Of a stretch of DNA of 64,000 bases, positions 24,557 through 36,634 are shown piece by piece (the stretch's first letter is position 1; every line of letters begins with the position of its first letter). Position numbers and translations under genes: made by a program. A model generated the notes under the pieces. It was not told where the DNA came from and ran no database searches. It was given only the letters and a program-made list of their open reading frames with translations. The stretch is from Octopus sinensis (lineage: Eukaryota), in the NCBI RefSeq assembly GCF_006345805.1, contig NC_043016.1, positions 30,070,001-30,134,000 on the forward strand, written 5' to 3'.

Positions 24557-26164
24557 CAAATTGAGATAGGGGTTGTAAATGCAACCCTCCATGGGATAAC
24601 ATATATCCAATATACTGCTAAGGAAGTAATATAATGTACTATTGACTACGTATATTTGCATCTAGGTACTAATATGTGTATGTTTATTATCACAATATTA
24701 AGTTGAAAAGATTAAAAATAAAAGAGGCATTACATATCAATTCTTCTTATATATTTGTAACTGTTAAGGCAATAAATTTGTGTGTATTTACATAAACTCC
24801 ATTGTTGTTATCATTGTTCTTACAGCTCTTATAAAAGAGGTTATTGTTATCACCAAATCTATTACCATCACCATCGTAATAATTTTTAGGATTGCCTTTT
24901 TAACATATACCTTTCATTTCTTTTCTTCTTCTGTGCTAGCATAGTTTGGTCGTGTTTGTTGGTATACATTTCATGTCTCCTTATATCAATTTTGTTATCT
25001 GTGAGGTCTGTTTTTGATCTGGCTATACCTTACCCCCTCTCTTTTCTCTCTGTTTTTTTTTCCATCAACCCACTCACTAATCTGCAATTTTTGAAAACTG
25101 GACTTTTACCCTATTAACTTCAAATAATTACTACTATAAGAGGCTGTACCTCCTCTTTAGAACATTGCATCTCCTCTTCTTTCTATTTTGAAATATGTAA
25201 AGAAACATAAGTAAAGTGAATTTATTTGGTAATATTGGTCATTATCTTCATCATTTGAATTTTTATTTCATTTGCTTCTATGGGTTGTTGTACAAGTGCA
25301 CAGTACATTTCATTTGTGGTCATTTTACTGCAGTGTACTCACATTCACCACATTTTTCTCATCCCTGCTTCAACTGAGCTGGACTTAGAAGTGAAAGCAT
25401 ATATTTATTCTCATTGTTTTATAATAATCACACATTACATTGTAGCTTTGAGATTGTGAAGGGGTAACTGTTAGTTTTTAGAACAATATTGTAAGGTTTG
25501 TGTGAGGCCAGTTCTGGCCAGTTTGATAATAAAACAGGTAGAATACTTTGGCCAAACATGGCCGGTTTGAATGCTATAATGTTAAAGATAGTTTATCAAA
25601 GAATATTTCTCAATGATATTAAAACCAGCCAGCTCTATTTTTATGAGCGCTGCAATAACCATTAATTTATATGCCACAGAAGATAACCATATCTGTATCT
25701 GCCCAGCAAACAATTTTACAAATAGTCAGAACAAGCCAAAAAATTCAATTTAATTTACTATTTTTATTTTAAAACTCCTACTGGTTCTATAATACTATTT
25801 CATTCTTCTTTTTCTCTCTCTTTCTCTCATTGCTCACATTTGACCACTGTCCATCTTGCCCTTCCTTATATGACCAGCTCTCTTTTCCTTCAGGGAAATT
25901 CAGAACAGTGGATGTGTTTTTTTTCTCTCTCTCTTCTATCTTTTCTCTTTTCAAAATAATGTTTCTCCCAGCATTCACTATTTTCCTCTTGTTCTAGTCT
26001 AACGACCCTCCATGTTTCTTTTTGTTCGGTTTCCTTGTATGTCTCCACTGTCATGCTTTTGTTCCCAACTTTGACCTTCCATAAATCCTAAATTTTATTT
26101 TAGAATTTATGGGAGCAGCTGTCTTTAAAGACTCATATTGTTGTTGAATGCTCAAAATATAGAG

Positions 26165-26329
26165 GAGTAGATAGACAGCCGACAACTGGGGGAGGGCCCT
26201 TTATCTGTGTTTACTTGTCCTGTTTTCCATTTTTTTCTCATTGTTTACATATTTCACTCATTTGTTTATGTATTTCATGTTATTTGCACCGTTGGTGATG
26301 TCCTGTACCCATATATGCATGGATATATA
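26165..26329 (+). mobile_element. Unclassified dispersed repeat, copy 2
   Basis: Matches 17395-17552. Confidence 0.7.
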
Positions 26330-26331
26330 TA

Positions 26332-26462
26332 CAGGGTGTCCCCCAAAAATGTATACACACCTTAAATAATTGTAAATTTGTTATTCTTTGTAAGCCTAGT
26401 ACTTATTCTATCGTTCTCTTTTGCCGAACCACTCTGTGTATACATTTTTTAGGGACACCCTG
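26332..26462. mobile_element. Tc1/mariner-type MITE carrying a SINE-B fragment
   Basis: TA|CAGGGTGTCCCCAAAAATGTATACACA...TGTGTATACATTTTTTAGGGACACCCTG|TA. Confidence 0.85.
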
Positions 26463-26679
26463 TATATATATACATACACATGTATATATTATATATCATT
26501 TACTGTTTATTATTTAATTGAATGTGATGCATCTATTTCCAAGTAAGTTTATATATGTGTGTGTGTATGAGTGTATGTGTATATATATATGTGTGTGTGT
26601 ATATGTATGTATGTATATAGGTTGTGTAAGTTAGAGGTTATGCAACCATCTAAGGGATAGATGTATCCGTTGGCACTCC

Positions 26680-27008
26680 TGGTGTATTACCTCACTATGT
26701 ATAGTCCTTGTTATAAGTTATATGGTAGTAGGTAATTTAAAGGTAAAACGTTGGTTTAGTATATGTAGAGACGATAACAAATGGAGCAATAAATAGCAAT
26801 GAGAAGTGGATCATTGATGCTTTAAAGTCATTTATTTAAATTAGGAGTATGTTTACAACTGTTTCTATTTATCAAAATGGGGTAAATTTGCATTCACTTC
26901 ATTGCAATTGATAAACATCATCAGAATGATTATATGGCAAGATAAAATAGAAGGAAAGAAAAGGAAAAAATGTTTGTTAATCCAATAGTCTTCCATTTTA
27001 GTGACTTA
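26680..27008 (-). mobile_element. Penelope-like unit, copy 1, with hammerhead-like core at 26849-26929
   Basis: Minus: CTGATGA-TGTTTATCAA..TTGATAAATA-GAAA-CAGTTG-TA; inverted, permuted homolog at 27565-27890. Confidence 0.55.
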
Positions 27009-27029
27009 TCATCTCTATCTCTTTCTCTC

Positions 27030-27379
27030 TTTTTTTACTTGTTTCAGTCATTTGACTGCGGCCATGCTGGAGCACCGCCTTTAATCGAGCAACTCGACCC
27101 CGGGACTTATTCTTTTGTAAGCCCAGTACTTATTCTATCGGCCTCTTTTGCCGAACTGCTAAGTAACGGGGACATAAACACACCAGCATCGGTTGTCAAG
27201 CAATGCTAGGGGGACAAACACACACACGCATATATATATATCATCATCATCATCATCGTCGTTTAACGTCCGTTCTCCATGCTAGCATGGGTTGGACGGT
27301 TCGACCGGGGTTCTGGGAAGCCAGAAGGCTGCACCAGGCTCCAGTCTAATTTGGCAATGTTTCTACAAATTAGACTGGA

Positions 27380-27410
<31 letters not shown>

Positions 27411-27560
27411 TACAACGGGCTTCTTTCAGTTTGCATCTACCAAATCCACTCACAAGGCTTTGGTTGGCCTGAGGCTATAGTAGAAGACACTTGCCCAAGG
27501 TGCCACACAGTGGGACTGAACCCAGAACCATGTGGTTGGTAAACAAGCTACTTACCACAC
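27030..27560 (-). mobile_element. SINE family B with RTE tail inserted in its microsatellite
   Basis: Family B tail and head separated by RTE tail 27240-27367. Confidence 0.85.
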
Positions 27561-27564
27561 CCAC

Positions 27565-27890
27565 TCAACCATGGTTTTACTTTTAAATTACCTACTACTG
27601 TATACCTTATAACAAGGACCATACATACTGAGGTAATACACCGATACATGGAACTATGTAAGTTACTAAAATGGAAGACTATTGGATTAACATTTTTTTT
27701 TCTTTCTTTCTATTTTATTTTTGCCATATAATCTTTCTGATGGTGTTTATCAATTGTGATGAGGTAACTGCAAATTTTGATAAATAGAAACAGGTGTAAA
27801 CATACTTCTAATTCAATTAAATAATGACTTTAAAACACTAATGATTCACTCCTCATTGTTAATTATTGTTCCATTTCTTATCATCTCTAT
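27565..27890 (+). mobile_element. Penelope-like unit, copy 2, hammerhead-like core at 27731-27803
   Basis: CTGATGG-TGTTTATCAA..TTGATAAATA-GAAA-CAGGTG-TA. Confidence 0.5.
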
Positions 27891-27939
27891 ATGTGTATGT
27901 GTGTATGTATGTATGTGTGTATATATGTGTGTATGTGTG

Positions 27940-28430
27940 GTAGGGGTCCACCAAGGATTAGTCCTCAGCTCCCTCTTGTTCATCATAGTCCTCCAGGCAA
28001 TAACAGAGGAATTCAAGATAGGATGCTCCTCTATGCTGATGACCTTGCTCTAATTGCTGAGTCACTATCAGAACTAGAGAAGTTTCAGGTGTGGAAGCAA
28101 GGATTAGAATTGAAAGGCCTTAGAGTCAACCTAGCTAAAACCAAAGTCTTAATAAGTAGGAAGGCAGACAAACCACAAATACCTTCAGGTAGATGGCCCT
28201 GCTCGATCTGTAGAAAAGGCGTAGGTAGAAACTCCATAAGATATACCCAGTGTAAGCAATGGACACATAAGAGGTGCAGCAATATCAAAGGAAGAATGCT
28301 AACTGGGAAGATAGTTTTTGTATGTGGCAGATGCTCTGGAGCAATAAACACTGACACTGTGCAGAGAACAACTTCCGCCACATTCCAGGGAGAAAAACTA
28401 GAAGTAGTTGATAGGTTCCGTTACCTATAT
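27940..28430 (+). mobile_element. RTE ORF2 internal fragment (YADD to PHD finger)
   Basis: LLYADDLALIAES..WPCSICRKGVGRNS..WTHKRCS..CGRC; bounded by microsatellites. Confidence 0.88.
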
Positions 28431-28455
28431 ATACGTGTATGTATGTGTATATATG

Positions 28456-28487
<32 letters not shown>

Positions 28488-28537
28488 CGTGTATGTATGT
28501 ATATATATATACCTGTATATATGTATGTATATATATA

Positions 28538-30197
28538 CTAGGGATAGATGAATGATTAGTGAGAGCTGTGCAAGCCATGTACAGAGACGCTGCTAGTAAG
28601 GTGAGGGTTGGCAACGAGTACAATGAAGAATTCCAAGTAGAGGTTGGGGTCCACCAAGGTTCAGTCCTCAGTCCTCTCCTATTTATCATAGTCCCCCAGG
28701 CAATAACAGAGAATTCAAGACATAGCTCCTCTATGCTGATGACCTTGCTCTAATTGCTGAGTCACTATCAGAACTGGAGGAGAAGTTTCAGGTGTGGAAG
28801 CAAGGTTTAGAATCGAAGGGCCTTAGAATCAACCTAGCCAAAACCAAAGTCCTAATAAGTAGGAAGGTAGACCAATCACAAACGCCTTCAGGTAGATGGC
28901 CCTGCTCGATCTGTAAAAAAGGTGTAGGTAGAAACTCTATAAAGTGCACCAAGTGTAAGCTATGGATACATAACAGGTGCAGCAATGTCAAAGGAAGGCT
29001 AACTAGGAAAATAGTTTTTGTCTGTGGCAGATGCTCAGGAGCAATAAACACTGAAAATGTGCAGAGACCAACTTATACCACGTTCCAGGGAGAAAAACTA
29101 GAAGTAGTTGATAGCTTCCGCTACCTAGGTGACCAAGTCAGTAGCGGGGGTGGGTGTGCTGAAAGTGTAACTGCTAGAGTAAGAATAGCCTGGGCAAAGT
29201 TTAGAGAGCCCTTACCCCTGCTGGTGACAAAAGGCCTCTCGCTCAGAGTAAAAGGCAGACAGTATGATGCATGTGTACGTACAGCCATGGTAGTGAAACA
29301 TGGGCTGTGACTGCTGAGGATATGCGTAAGCTCGCAAGAAATTAAGCCAGTATGCTCCGATGGATGTGTAATGTCAGTGTTCATAATCGACAGAGTGTAA
29401 GTACCTTGAGAGAAAAGTTGGACCTAGCATCAGTTGTGGTGTGCAAGAGAGACGTTTGCGCTGGTATGGTCATGTGACGAGAATGGCTGAAGATAGTTGT
29501 GTGCAAAAGTGCCACACCCTAGCAGTTGAGGGAACCCGTGGAAGAGGTAGACCCAGGAAAACCTGGGACGAGGTGGTGAAGCACGACTTCCGAACTTTAG
29601 GTCTCACCAAGGAAATGACTAGAGACTGAGACCTATGGAAGTATTCTGTGCGTGAGAAGACCCGGCAAAACTAATGAGACCATAACCCGTGGCCTCTACC
29701 TGGTATGTAGCCAGCCGACTTATACATACCTTTCCTTCTTGGGACACAAAACTCCACTTGTGAAGACCCGTTGAGGCAAGTGAAAATCAAATCAAACCAA
29801 ATCAAATCAGATATCAGAAAGCAGAACCAAAATCGAAGTCGATCAACATCAATGGAAATTGCAGCTATGATACCAGTGCCGGTGACAAGTAAGCGAACCA
29901 TCCGATCGTGGCCGTTGCCAGCGCCGCCCCCCACTGGCCTCCATGTCGGTGACACGTAAAAAGCACCATTCGTTCGTGGCCGTTGCCAGCTCCGCCTGGC
30001 ACCTGTGCGGGTGGCACGTAAAAAGCACCCACTATTCTCACGAAGTGGTTGGCATTAGGAAGGGCGTCCAGCCGTAGAAACACTGCCAGATCAGACTGGG
30101 CCTGATGCAGCCTTCTGGCTTCACAGACCCCAGTTGAACCATCCAACCCATGCCAGCATGGAAAGCAGACACTAAATGATGATGATGATGATGATGT
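28538..30197 (+). mobile_element. 5'-truncated RTE LINE with complete 3' UTR
   Basis: AVQAMY..GVHQGSVLSPLLF..YADD..PHD..RWYGHV..GRGRPRKTW; 3' UTR with internal repeat units; (GAT)n. Confidence 0.92.
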
Positions 30198-30207
30198 GTG
30201 TATATAT

Positions 30208-30241
<34 letters not shown>

Positions 30242-30439
30242 ACGTGTGTATATATGTATATTATACGTGTGTATATATGTATATATATACGTGTGTATAT
30301 ATGTATATATATACGTGTGTATATATGTATATATATACGTGTGTATATATGTATATATATACGTGTGTATATATGTATTATATACGTGTGTATATATGTA
30401 TATATATATACGTGTATATATATATATATTTATATATTT

Positions 30440-30865
30440 TCCATTTCGTAGCTTCAGCCCAGAGCTGCGGCCATGCTGGGGCACCACTTTTTTGCTACAC
30501 TTTTATTATTGAGAACTTCCTGTAATATGTGACATGTGGTGAATAAGGGAGTTTGATATTGCTACCCTCACTTGCACCTCTTGCCACAAGGTTGGTGCAT
30601 CTAGGACTCTTGACAGGAAGAGGTCCAGTTTCGCTTTGAAAACGCCCACATCCACTTTGTGTAGGTCCCTCAGGCTCTTTGGGACAATATTAAAAAGCTG
30701 TGGCCCCTGGAAACCAGACCATTGCAGTAACTGGTCCTGAAGTGCGATGGCATTGCTGGGATCTTTGGCACTGTGCAGTGTCGACTCGTTCTGGCATTGG
30801 TGTAGCTTTCAATGACAAACTTTGGCACAATTTCTTGCAGGGTCTTCCAGATGTATATTACTGCA
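30440..30865 (-). mobile_element. CR1/L2-group LINE 3' end (same family as 19996-20730)
   Basis: Minus [20 protein letters not shown]; same tail motif. Confidence 0.8.
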
Positions 30866-31058
30866 TACCTCTCCCACCAACATTTGACAATCAGTGTTGG
30901 TGTGTTTATGTCCCTGTAACTTAGCAGTTTGGCAAAAAAGATTGATAGAATATGTACCAGGCTTAAAAAAAAAGTAGTGGGGTCAATTCATTAGACTAAA
31001 AATTTAAGGTGGTGCCCCAGCATGGCTGCAGTCTAATGAGTGAAACAAGTGAGAGATA
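30866..31058 (+). mobile_element. SINE family B 3' half
   Basis: Tail consensus. Confidence 0.75.
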
Positions 31059-31059
31059 A

Positions 31060-31453
31060 AAGGTGCCTGGCCCCCGTGCTGGTGACACGTAAAAGCACCA
31101 TCCGTTTGTGGCCGTTTGCCAGCTCTGTCTGCCCCCCGTGTCGGTGGCACGTAAAAGCACCATCCGTTCGTGTCTGTTGCCAGCCTCGCCTGGCCCCCGT
31201 GCCGGTGACACGTAAAAGCACCATCCGTTCGTGGCCGTTTGCCAGCTCTGTCTGGCACCTGTGCGGGTGGCACGTAAAAAGCACCCACTACACACACGGA
31301 GTGGTTGGCGTTACGAAGGGCATCCAGCCGTAGAAACACTGCCAGATCTGACTGGACCTGACGAAGCCTTCCAGCTTCACAGACCCCAGTTGAACCGTCC
31401 AACCCATGCTAGCATGGAAAGCGGACGCTAAATGATGATGATGATGATGATGA
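31060..31453 (+). mobile_element. RTE 3' UTR with four GTAAAAGCACC repeat units
   Basis: Direct reading. Confidence 0.85.
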
Positions 31454-32274
31454 TATATATATATATAAAATCATTTCACATTTCTTTTCCATGTCAGCAT
31501 GTGTTGGAGCAGTTGTCACTATCTAAGTCATTTCTTATTCAGAGTTAGGACCTTCTACATAGGCTAGAGGGTAATGCCTCACTCAACCATCTCAGTTTGA
31601 CTTCTATGGGTTGGTATCCTTCCTAGCACCAACCACGTATAGAGCATACTGGGGGCATTTAATCATAGCACCAAACGTTAGAAACATAATCTTGTTCTCA
31701 GCTAGACTAAGTGGTCGTCATGACCCTGCAGTGTCTCCACTCATTTACCAATCACTTTACAAATACATTGGTTACATTTTATTGATACTAGTGAAGTATC
31801 CTTGTTACTCACAAAACTAAAGAGCCCCAACAGCTATGTGATGAAGTATAGAAAGGGTGAGGAGAAAAGTAAGATGAGCAGATTTATTGTTTTGAGAGGT
31901 TGTCAGAGGAGAAAGTCACATAAGGAAGTCAAGGAGTATTTGGAGGAAAAGAATAGTGTCAGTGAAAGAGATAAGGCTGGGAAGTGGGTGAAGTAGTTAG
32001 CATTTGGAAGGGCATCCAACTGTAAAAACCATGCCAAAACCGACCTCTCTTGTGCTGGTGCCGTGTAAAAAGCACCATTCTTCTACCTGGCCGGTTCCCA
32101 TCAACCGTCCAGCCCATTGATGACGGTCATTAAATGATGGTGATGTTGATGCATGCTTTTAGTTTGTAATATGTTGTTTATATATATATGTCTGTGATAT
32201 GTTTTTAAATTGCAGTTTTGTGTCATGATGTACTAAAGAGCAATTGATAATTTTTGCATTATAATTTTTACATA

Positions 32275-32493
32275 GGCATTCAGATTACTCTGTTAAATGT
32301 AATACCTGTTTATTCATACTGTTTTGATTTAATCATGCATTATCTCATAGCTTTGAGGTTTCAATAATATGACTTGTCTACTTTTTAGAGTGACATTGCA
32401 GTGTAGGTGAGAGAGCCTGGGTCTAGCCAGTTTGAATATAAAACAGGTAGAATATTTTGGGTGGATATCATGGCTAGTTTAAATGTTAAGGGG
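32275..32493. mobile_element. piggyBac-like MITE, left end eroded
   Basis: Homologous to 50216-50438; right end AAGGGG|TTAA. Confidence 0.65.
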
Positions 32494-32636
32494 TTAAATC
32501 TTGCTCCTTTTGATGTTATTCTAGACATAAGTGCTTCCATTATTTTACATATGGCTCTGATGCATATAGACTGCCTTAGACTTACTCTCATTAGCCAGTG
32601 TTTTCAAGACTTGAAGACATTGATCCAAATATTCAG

Positions 32637-32770
32637 TCAGTGTTGTTTGAAATTAATGAGCTGGTCTCTCGCAAAATTCTCATCTTTTGGTTTAATGAAG
32701 ATCTCCTCTTTCAGGTAGTTTATCACGTTCTTGCAACTGTCACGGCCGTTCGTGAATATGAATATTTTAT
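32637..32770 (-). CDS. Unknown minus-strand gene, terminal coding exon
   Basis: Acceptor TCTTCATATCAG|, phase 1; KIFIFTNGRDSCKNVINYLKEEIFIKPKDENFARDQLINFKQH*; CpG-rich relative to flanks. Confidence 0.65.
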
Positions 32771-33049
32771 CTGATATGAAGATGTGTTTAGTCTGTTGAT
32801 ACCAGAAATACTGGCAAGGAAATTTTCAGACATATACATAATCAGTGTCTGAATTGATACCAATTAGAAAGATATTGTGTTAAGTCTTTTGGAACATAGA
32901 AGACAGCTCCTATAAGAGCTGTTTAGTAAACTGTCATAAGAAGTAACAATAAGAATTCTCTGTACTAGAGACTTTATTATTCAACAACCAATGATGCATT
33001 ACACCTTCCAGGAAGGAAGTTGAACTGTATCATGTGATACATCAATTTT

Positions 33050-33600
33050 ATAAGAGTGTGGTACCACAATATTAATCATTAACTATAGTAACTAATAATG
33101 TTGATAATTAAATTATAATATGGTAATTACTAAATATGATAACTAAAATGTTAATTAAACTATTATGTAGTAATTACAAAATGTAATAAGTAACAGTACT
33201 GTTAATTAATCTGTAGTGGAGTGCTTACTAAATGTAGTTACTAATAATGTTGATATTAAATTACAATGTGATAATTACTAAATATGATAACTAAAATGTT
33301 GTTAATTAACTACATAGTAATTACAAAATATAATTAGTAACAATGCTGTTAATTAATCTATAACCAAGTAATTACTAAATGTAATAACTAATAATGATTA
33401 ATTAAACTGTGTAGTAATTATTGAATATATCAACTAATGTTGTTAAACCACAGTGTGGTAAATACTAAATGTAGTAATTAACTAAATAAACTACTGTATA
33501 ATAATTACTGAAAGTGGTATCTAATAATGTTGTTAATCAAACTGGCATAGTAATTTCTAATTAACACAATAAACAGTTGTAAGTGGGTGATCAGTGTATC
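33050..33600. repeat. Degenerate AT-rich minisatellite (~40-45 bp)
   Basis: Recurring TAATTACTAAATGTAGTAACTAATAATGTT. Confidence 0.7.
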
Positions 33601-34221
33601 AATCTTGTTAATGTAATTAAAATATTATAATTAGATTTTATTCAATTTTGAAATTAAGGTTTCTGTTTTGACTTTTATTGCTTGTCTAATATAATGTAGA
33701 GTTAATTAAAATACTACTCCAATCATTGGTTTAACAATGTAGAGTAGGGGCTAAGAATTTAAAGAAATACATTAGATAGGGCCAGAGAGGAAGAAATCTT
33801 GATGTTTGCTCACTGGCTTAGGAACAAGATTTGCTTAGGGTGTGCCAACCCAGGTCCAAAAATTTTTACAAAGTCTTGTTTTTTGTATTTATTTCTGTTC
33901 TGTGTTCTTTGTGAAGAAACCTAACATTGAGCTGCTTCTAACAGAACACTTTTTATTCACTGTTTTCTAAACCTGAGAAAAGTAAGTAGGGTTGCAAATT
34001 TTGATTTTGCACCCCATAAAAATTCTAGGGTGTGAACTTGCTCTCCCTGCAACCCCCTGTTTCCAAGCACAGAGAATGAGACATATGTGGCTGTTGCCTG
34101 ACTTGAACATGTGTATCTCAAAATCTGCATGATAAATATAGATCCTGGTTTAAATGTTTGTAATCTGGTGAACTTTGCTAAAGGCACTGAAGGACTACGC
34201 TGTGATATTAAATTGGTGCAT

Positions 34222-34705
34222 AAACATGTAGACATGACCTAGCAGCCACTGGTGTATAAATGTGCAGACCCCACTTGGAAGCCACTGATGTATAAACATG
34301 TAGACACTGCCTAACTACTACAGATGTGTAAACATGTTGACACCACTTGGCAACCTGGTTGTATAAACATGTAGACACCATCTAGCAACTACTGGTGTAT
34401 ATACATACAGATGCTACCTAGCAGCCACTGCTATATAAACATGTAAACTCCACTTGGCAGCCACTGAAGTATAAACATGTAGACACTGTCTAGTAACTAC
34501 AGGTGTGTAGACATGTAGGCACCACTTGGCAGCCACTGGTTGTATAAACATGTAGACACCACCTAGCAACCACAAGTGTATGTACATATATGTAGACACT
34601 ACCTAGCAATTATTGGTTTGTAGACATGTAGACACCACTTGGCAAAAACTGGTTTTATAAACATGCAGGCATCGCCTAGCAACCACTGGTGTCTAAACAT
34701 GTTGG
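34222..34705. repeat. 36-bp minisatellite, ~13.5 units
   Basis: Unit TGTATAAACATGTAGACACCACTTGGCAGCCACTGG. Confidence 0.85.
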
Positions 34706-34844
34706 CCAACCACAAAGATCTATTTCAGAGTTGTACTTGCGTAAGAATATTGAATATCTCGAGAAATAAAATCCTTGGATCAAATATCTCTAATTCTACA
34801 TGCAGCAAAAGAAAATATTAACTGCAAATTGTTTATAGTCTTAC

Positions 34845-34917
34845 TCTCAGTGAATCCTCCTTGACTGAGCTTCCAAATCCTATGGCAAAGACAGACTAAC
34901 ACATTACCAAAGGAAAG
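34845..34917 (-). CDS. Unknown gene exon (73 nt, phase 0 to 1)
   Basis: TTCAATTTACAG|LSFGNVLVCLCHRIWKLSQGGFTE|GTAAGA; only this frame is open. Confidence 0.7.
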
Positions 34918-35004
34918 CTGTAAATTGAACAGCTTTTTATTAGTTCTTACTCACTTTTCCTTCTTTTTTTTAAAAAAAAAATCTTTATTGTAATTAATCT
35001 AGAT

Positions 35005-35766
35005 CAGTGGTTCCCAGCCATTTTTTCACCTATGGACCCCTTTGATTATTTTATTCTGGTGGACCCTCATAACCATTCAATGTTTTAAAAACTAGTTTTA
35101 TGGAAGCTTCTTTCAAGATTCCTATTTTACTTGTGTTGGTTGAATCATGTAAAATATCAGGGAAAGAAACCTACTTGTTTCTTGCAATACATACCAATAC
35201 ATACATCTAAAGCAGAGGTTCTCAACCATTTTTTTTAATCTATGGACCCCCTTGATTACTATTTTATTCTAGTGGACCCATAGTCATTCGATGTTTAAAA
35301 ACTAGTTTTATAAGATGCAGCATGGATTTTTGTCAGTGAACAGGTCGCGGTCTTAAAGCGACGAAAATATTTTGACAAATTAAACTTAAATGTTGAAGTG
35401 AATCGAACGGCTTTTGTGTGTTTCTTAAATGGCTTACAAACACCTGCCATGCTGCAATTGTTTTCGTTTCAGCACATGATCTCAGATCAAATCACTTGCT
35501 ATGCAAGTACATCTCCGTAGTTTTATAAATATTTCTTTCAAAATTCCTATTTTGTTTTACACATGTTCACATGTGTAGGTTTAGCTATGTAAAACATCAG
35601 AGAAAGAAACTTAGCTGTTTCTTACATTAAATACATCTAAAGCAAGTTTTTTTAATGGACCAATAGAATACTAATGTGGATCCCCAGTTTATTATTTTAC
35701 TGGTATGCCCCCACTCCCATCCACCAAACACAAAAATTTTATATGGACCCCAGTTGAGAACCACTG
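35005..35766. mobile_element. hAT Charlie-like MITE
   Basis: CAGTGGTTCCCA...TGAGAACCACTG; perfect 8-bp TSD ATCTAGAT. Confidence 0.9.
35314..35517. mobile_element. Unclassified 204-bp insertion
   Basis: 11-bp duplication TAGTTTTATAA at 35303-35313 and 35518-35528. Confidence 0.7.
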
Positions 35767-36634
35767 ATCTAGATCGTTATAGCAATTATATGATAGAAGT
35801 ACGGCCATTCTACCCATTTGATAGCACACAAAAATGTTTAATGAAACTAACATTCAGTTATTAGCAACAAAGCAGTGTTAGTACCAAATAGTAATCTCTA
35901 TATCCTACTTATTTGATGTGGATGTACTGTAAGAACACCATGATATTGCAGTATTCGTCTTGAGAAAGCATCTCATTATGATATATTTCTTTGCTTTTTA
36001 ACACTGTGCTAGAACACTGTGGTAATTTGGCATTCTTAAAGAATAGCCATGTTAAGTAAGATATACAGATTGCTAAATTATTATTTCATGAAGAATCAAA
36101 ATTTTCCTATTTCCATTGCTCAACCATGACTTGGTCACTGACACATTTCCGCTGTGCTCAGGTTAAAGTGGATGAAAAATTTGACACTTCATGAACTGAA
36201 TTAAAGTGAATTCTAAAAGTTTATTTTGTGTGTTATAAAATCACTAAAGCAAGGGTTTACTTAGAAAAAGACTGCTAACACTTGCAGTTAATAATACTGT
36301 TGTTGCAGGAGAAATAGGGAAATTTGATCCTAGCAATTTATCATTTAAACATCAAATGCTCTTATACCAACATTTTTGTTAAGCATGGGAGAATTAAATG
36401 TCTAAAATGTCTAGGTTTAGATTTTGTTAATGCAATTCAGATGACTAACCAAGGATTGGTTTGAACTATTGTCAATAGGTGTCTTATTACTACTGAACTA
36501 AAACATCTGAAGAATGACCAGTTGAAGCAATAGATATATGAATTTCAGAAACTAGAAGTAGACACACAAAACAATTATAATCTTATTCGGGAGAATTGTT
36601 CTGTCACCCAGATACAAAGGTTTCCTTTTTTAAA

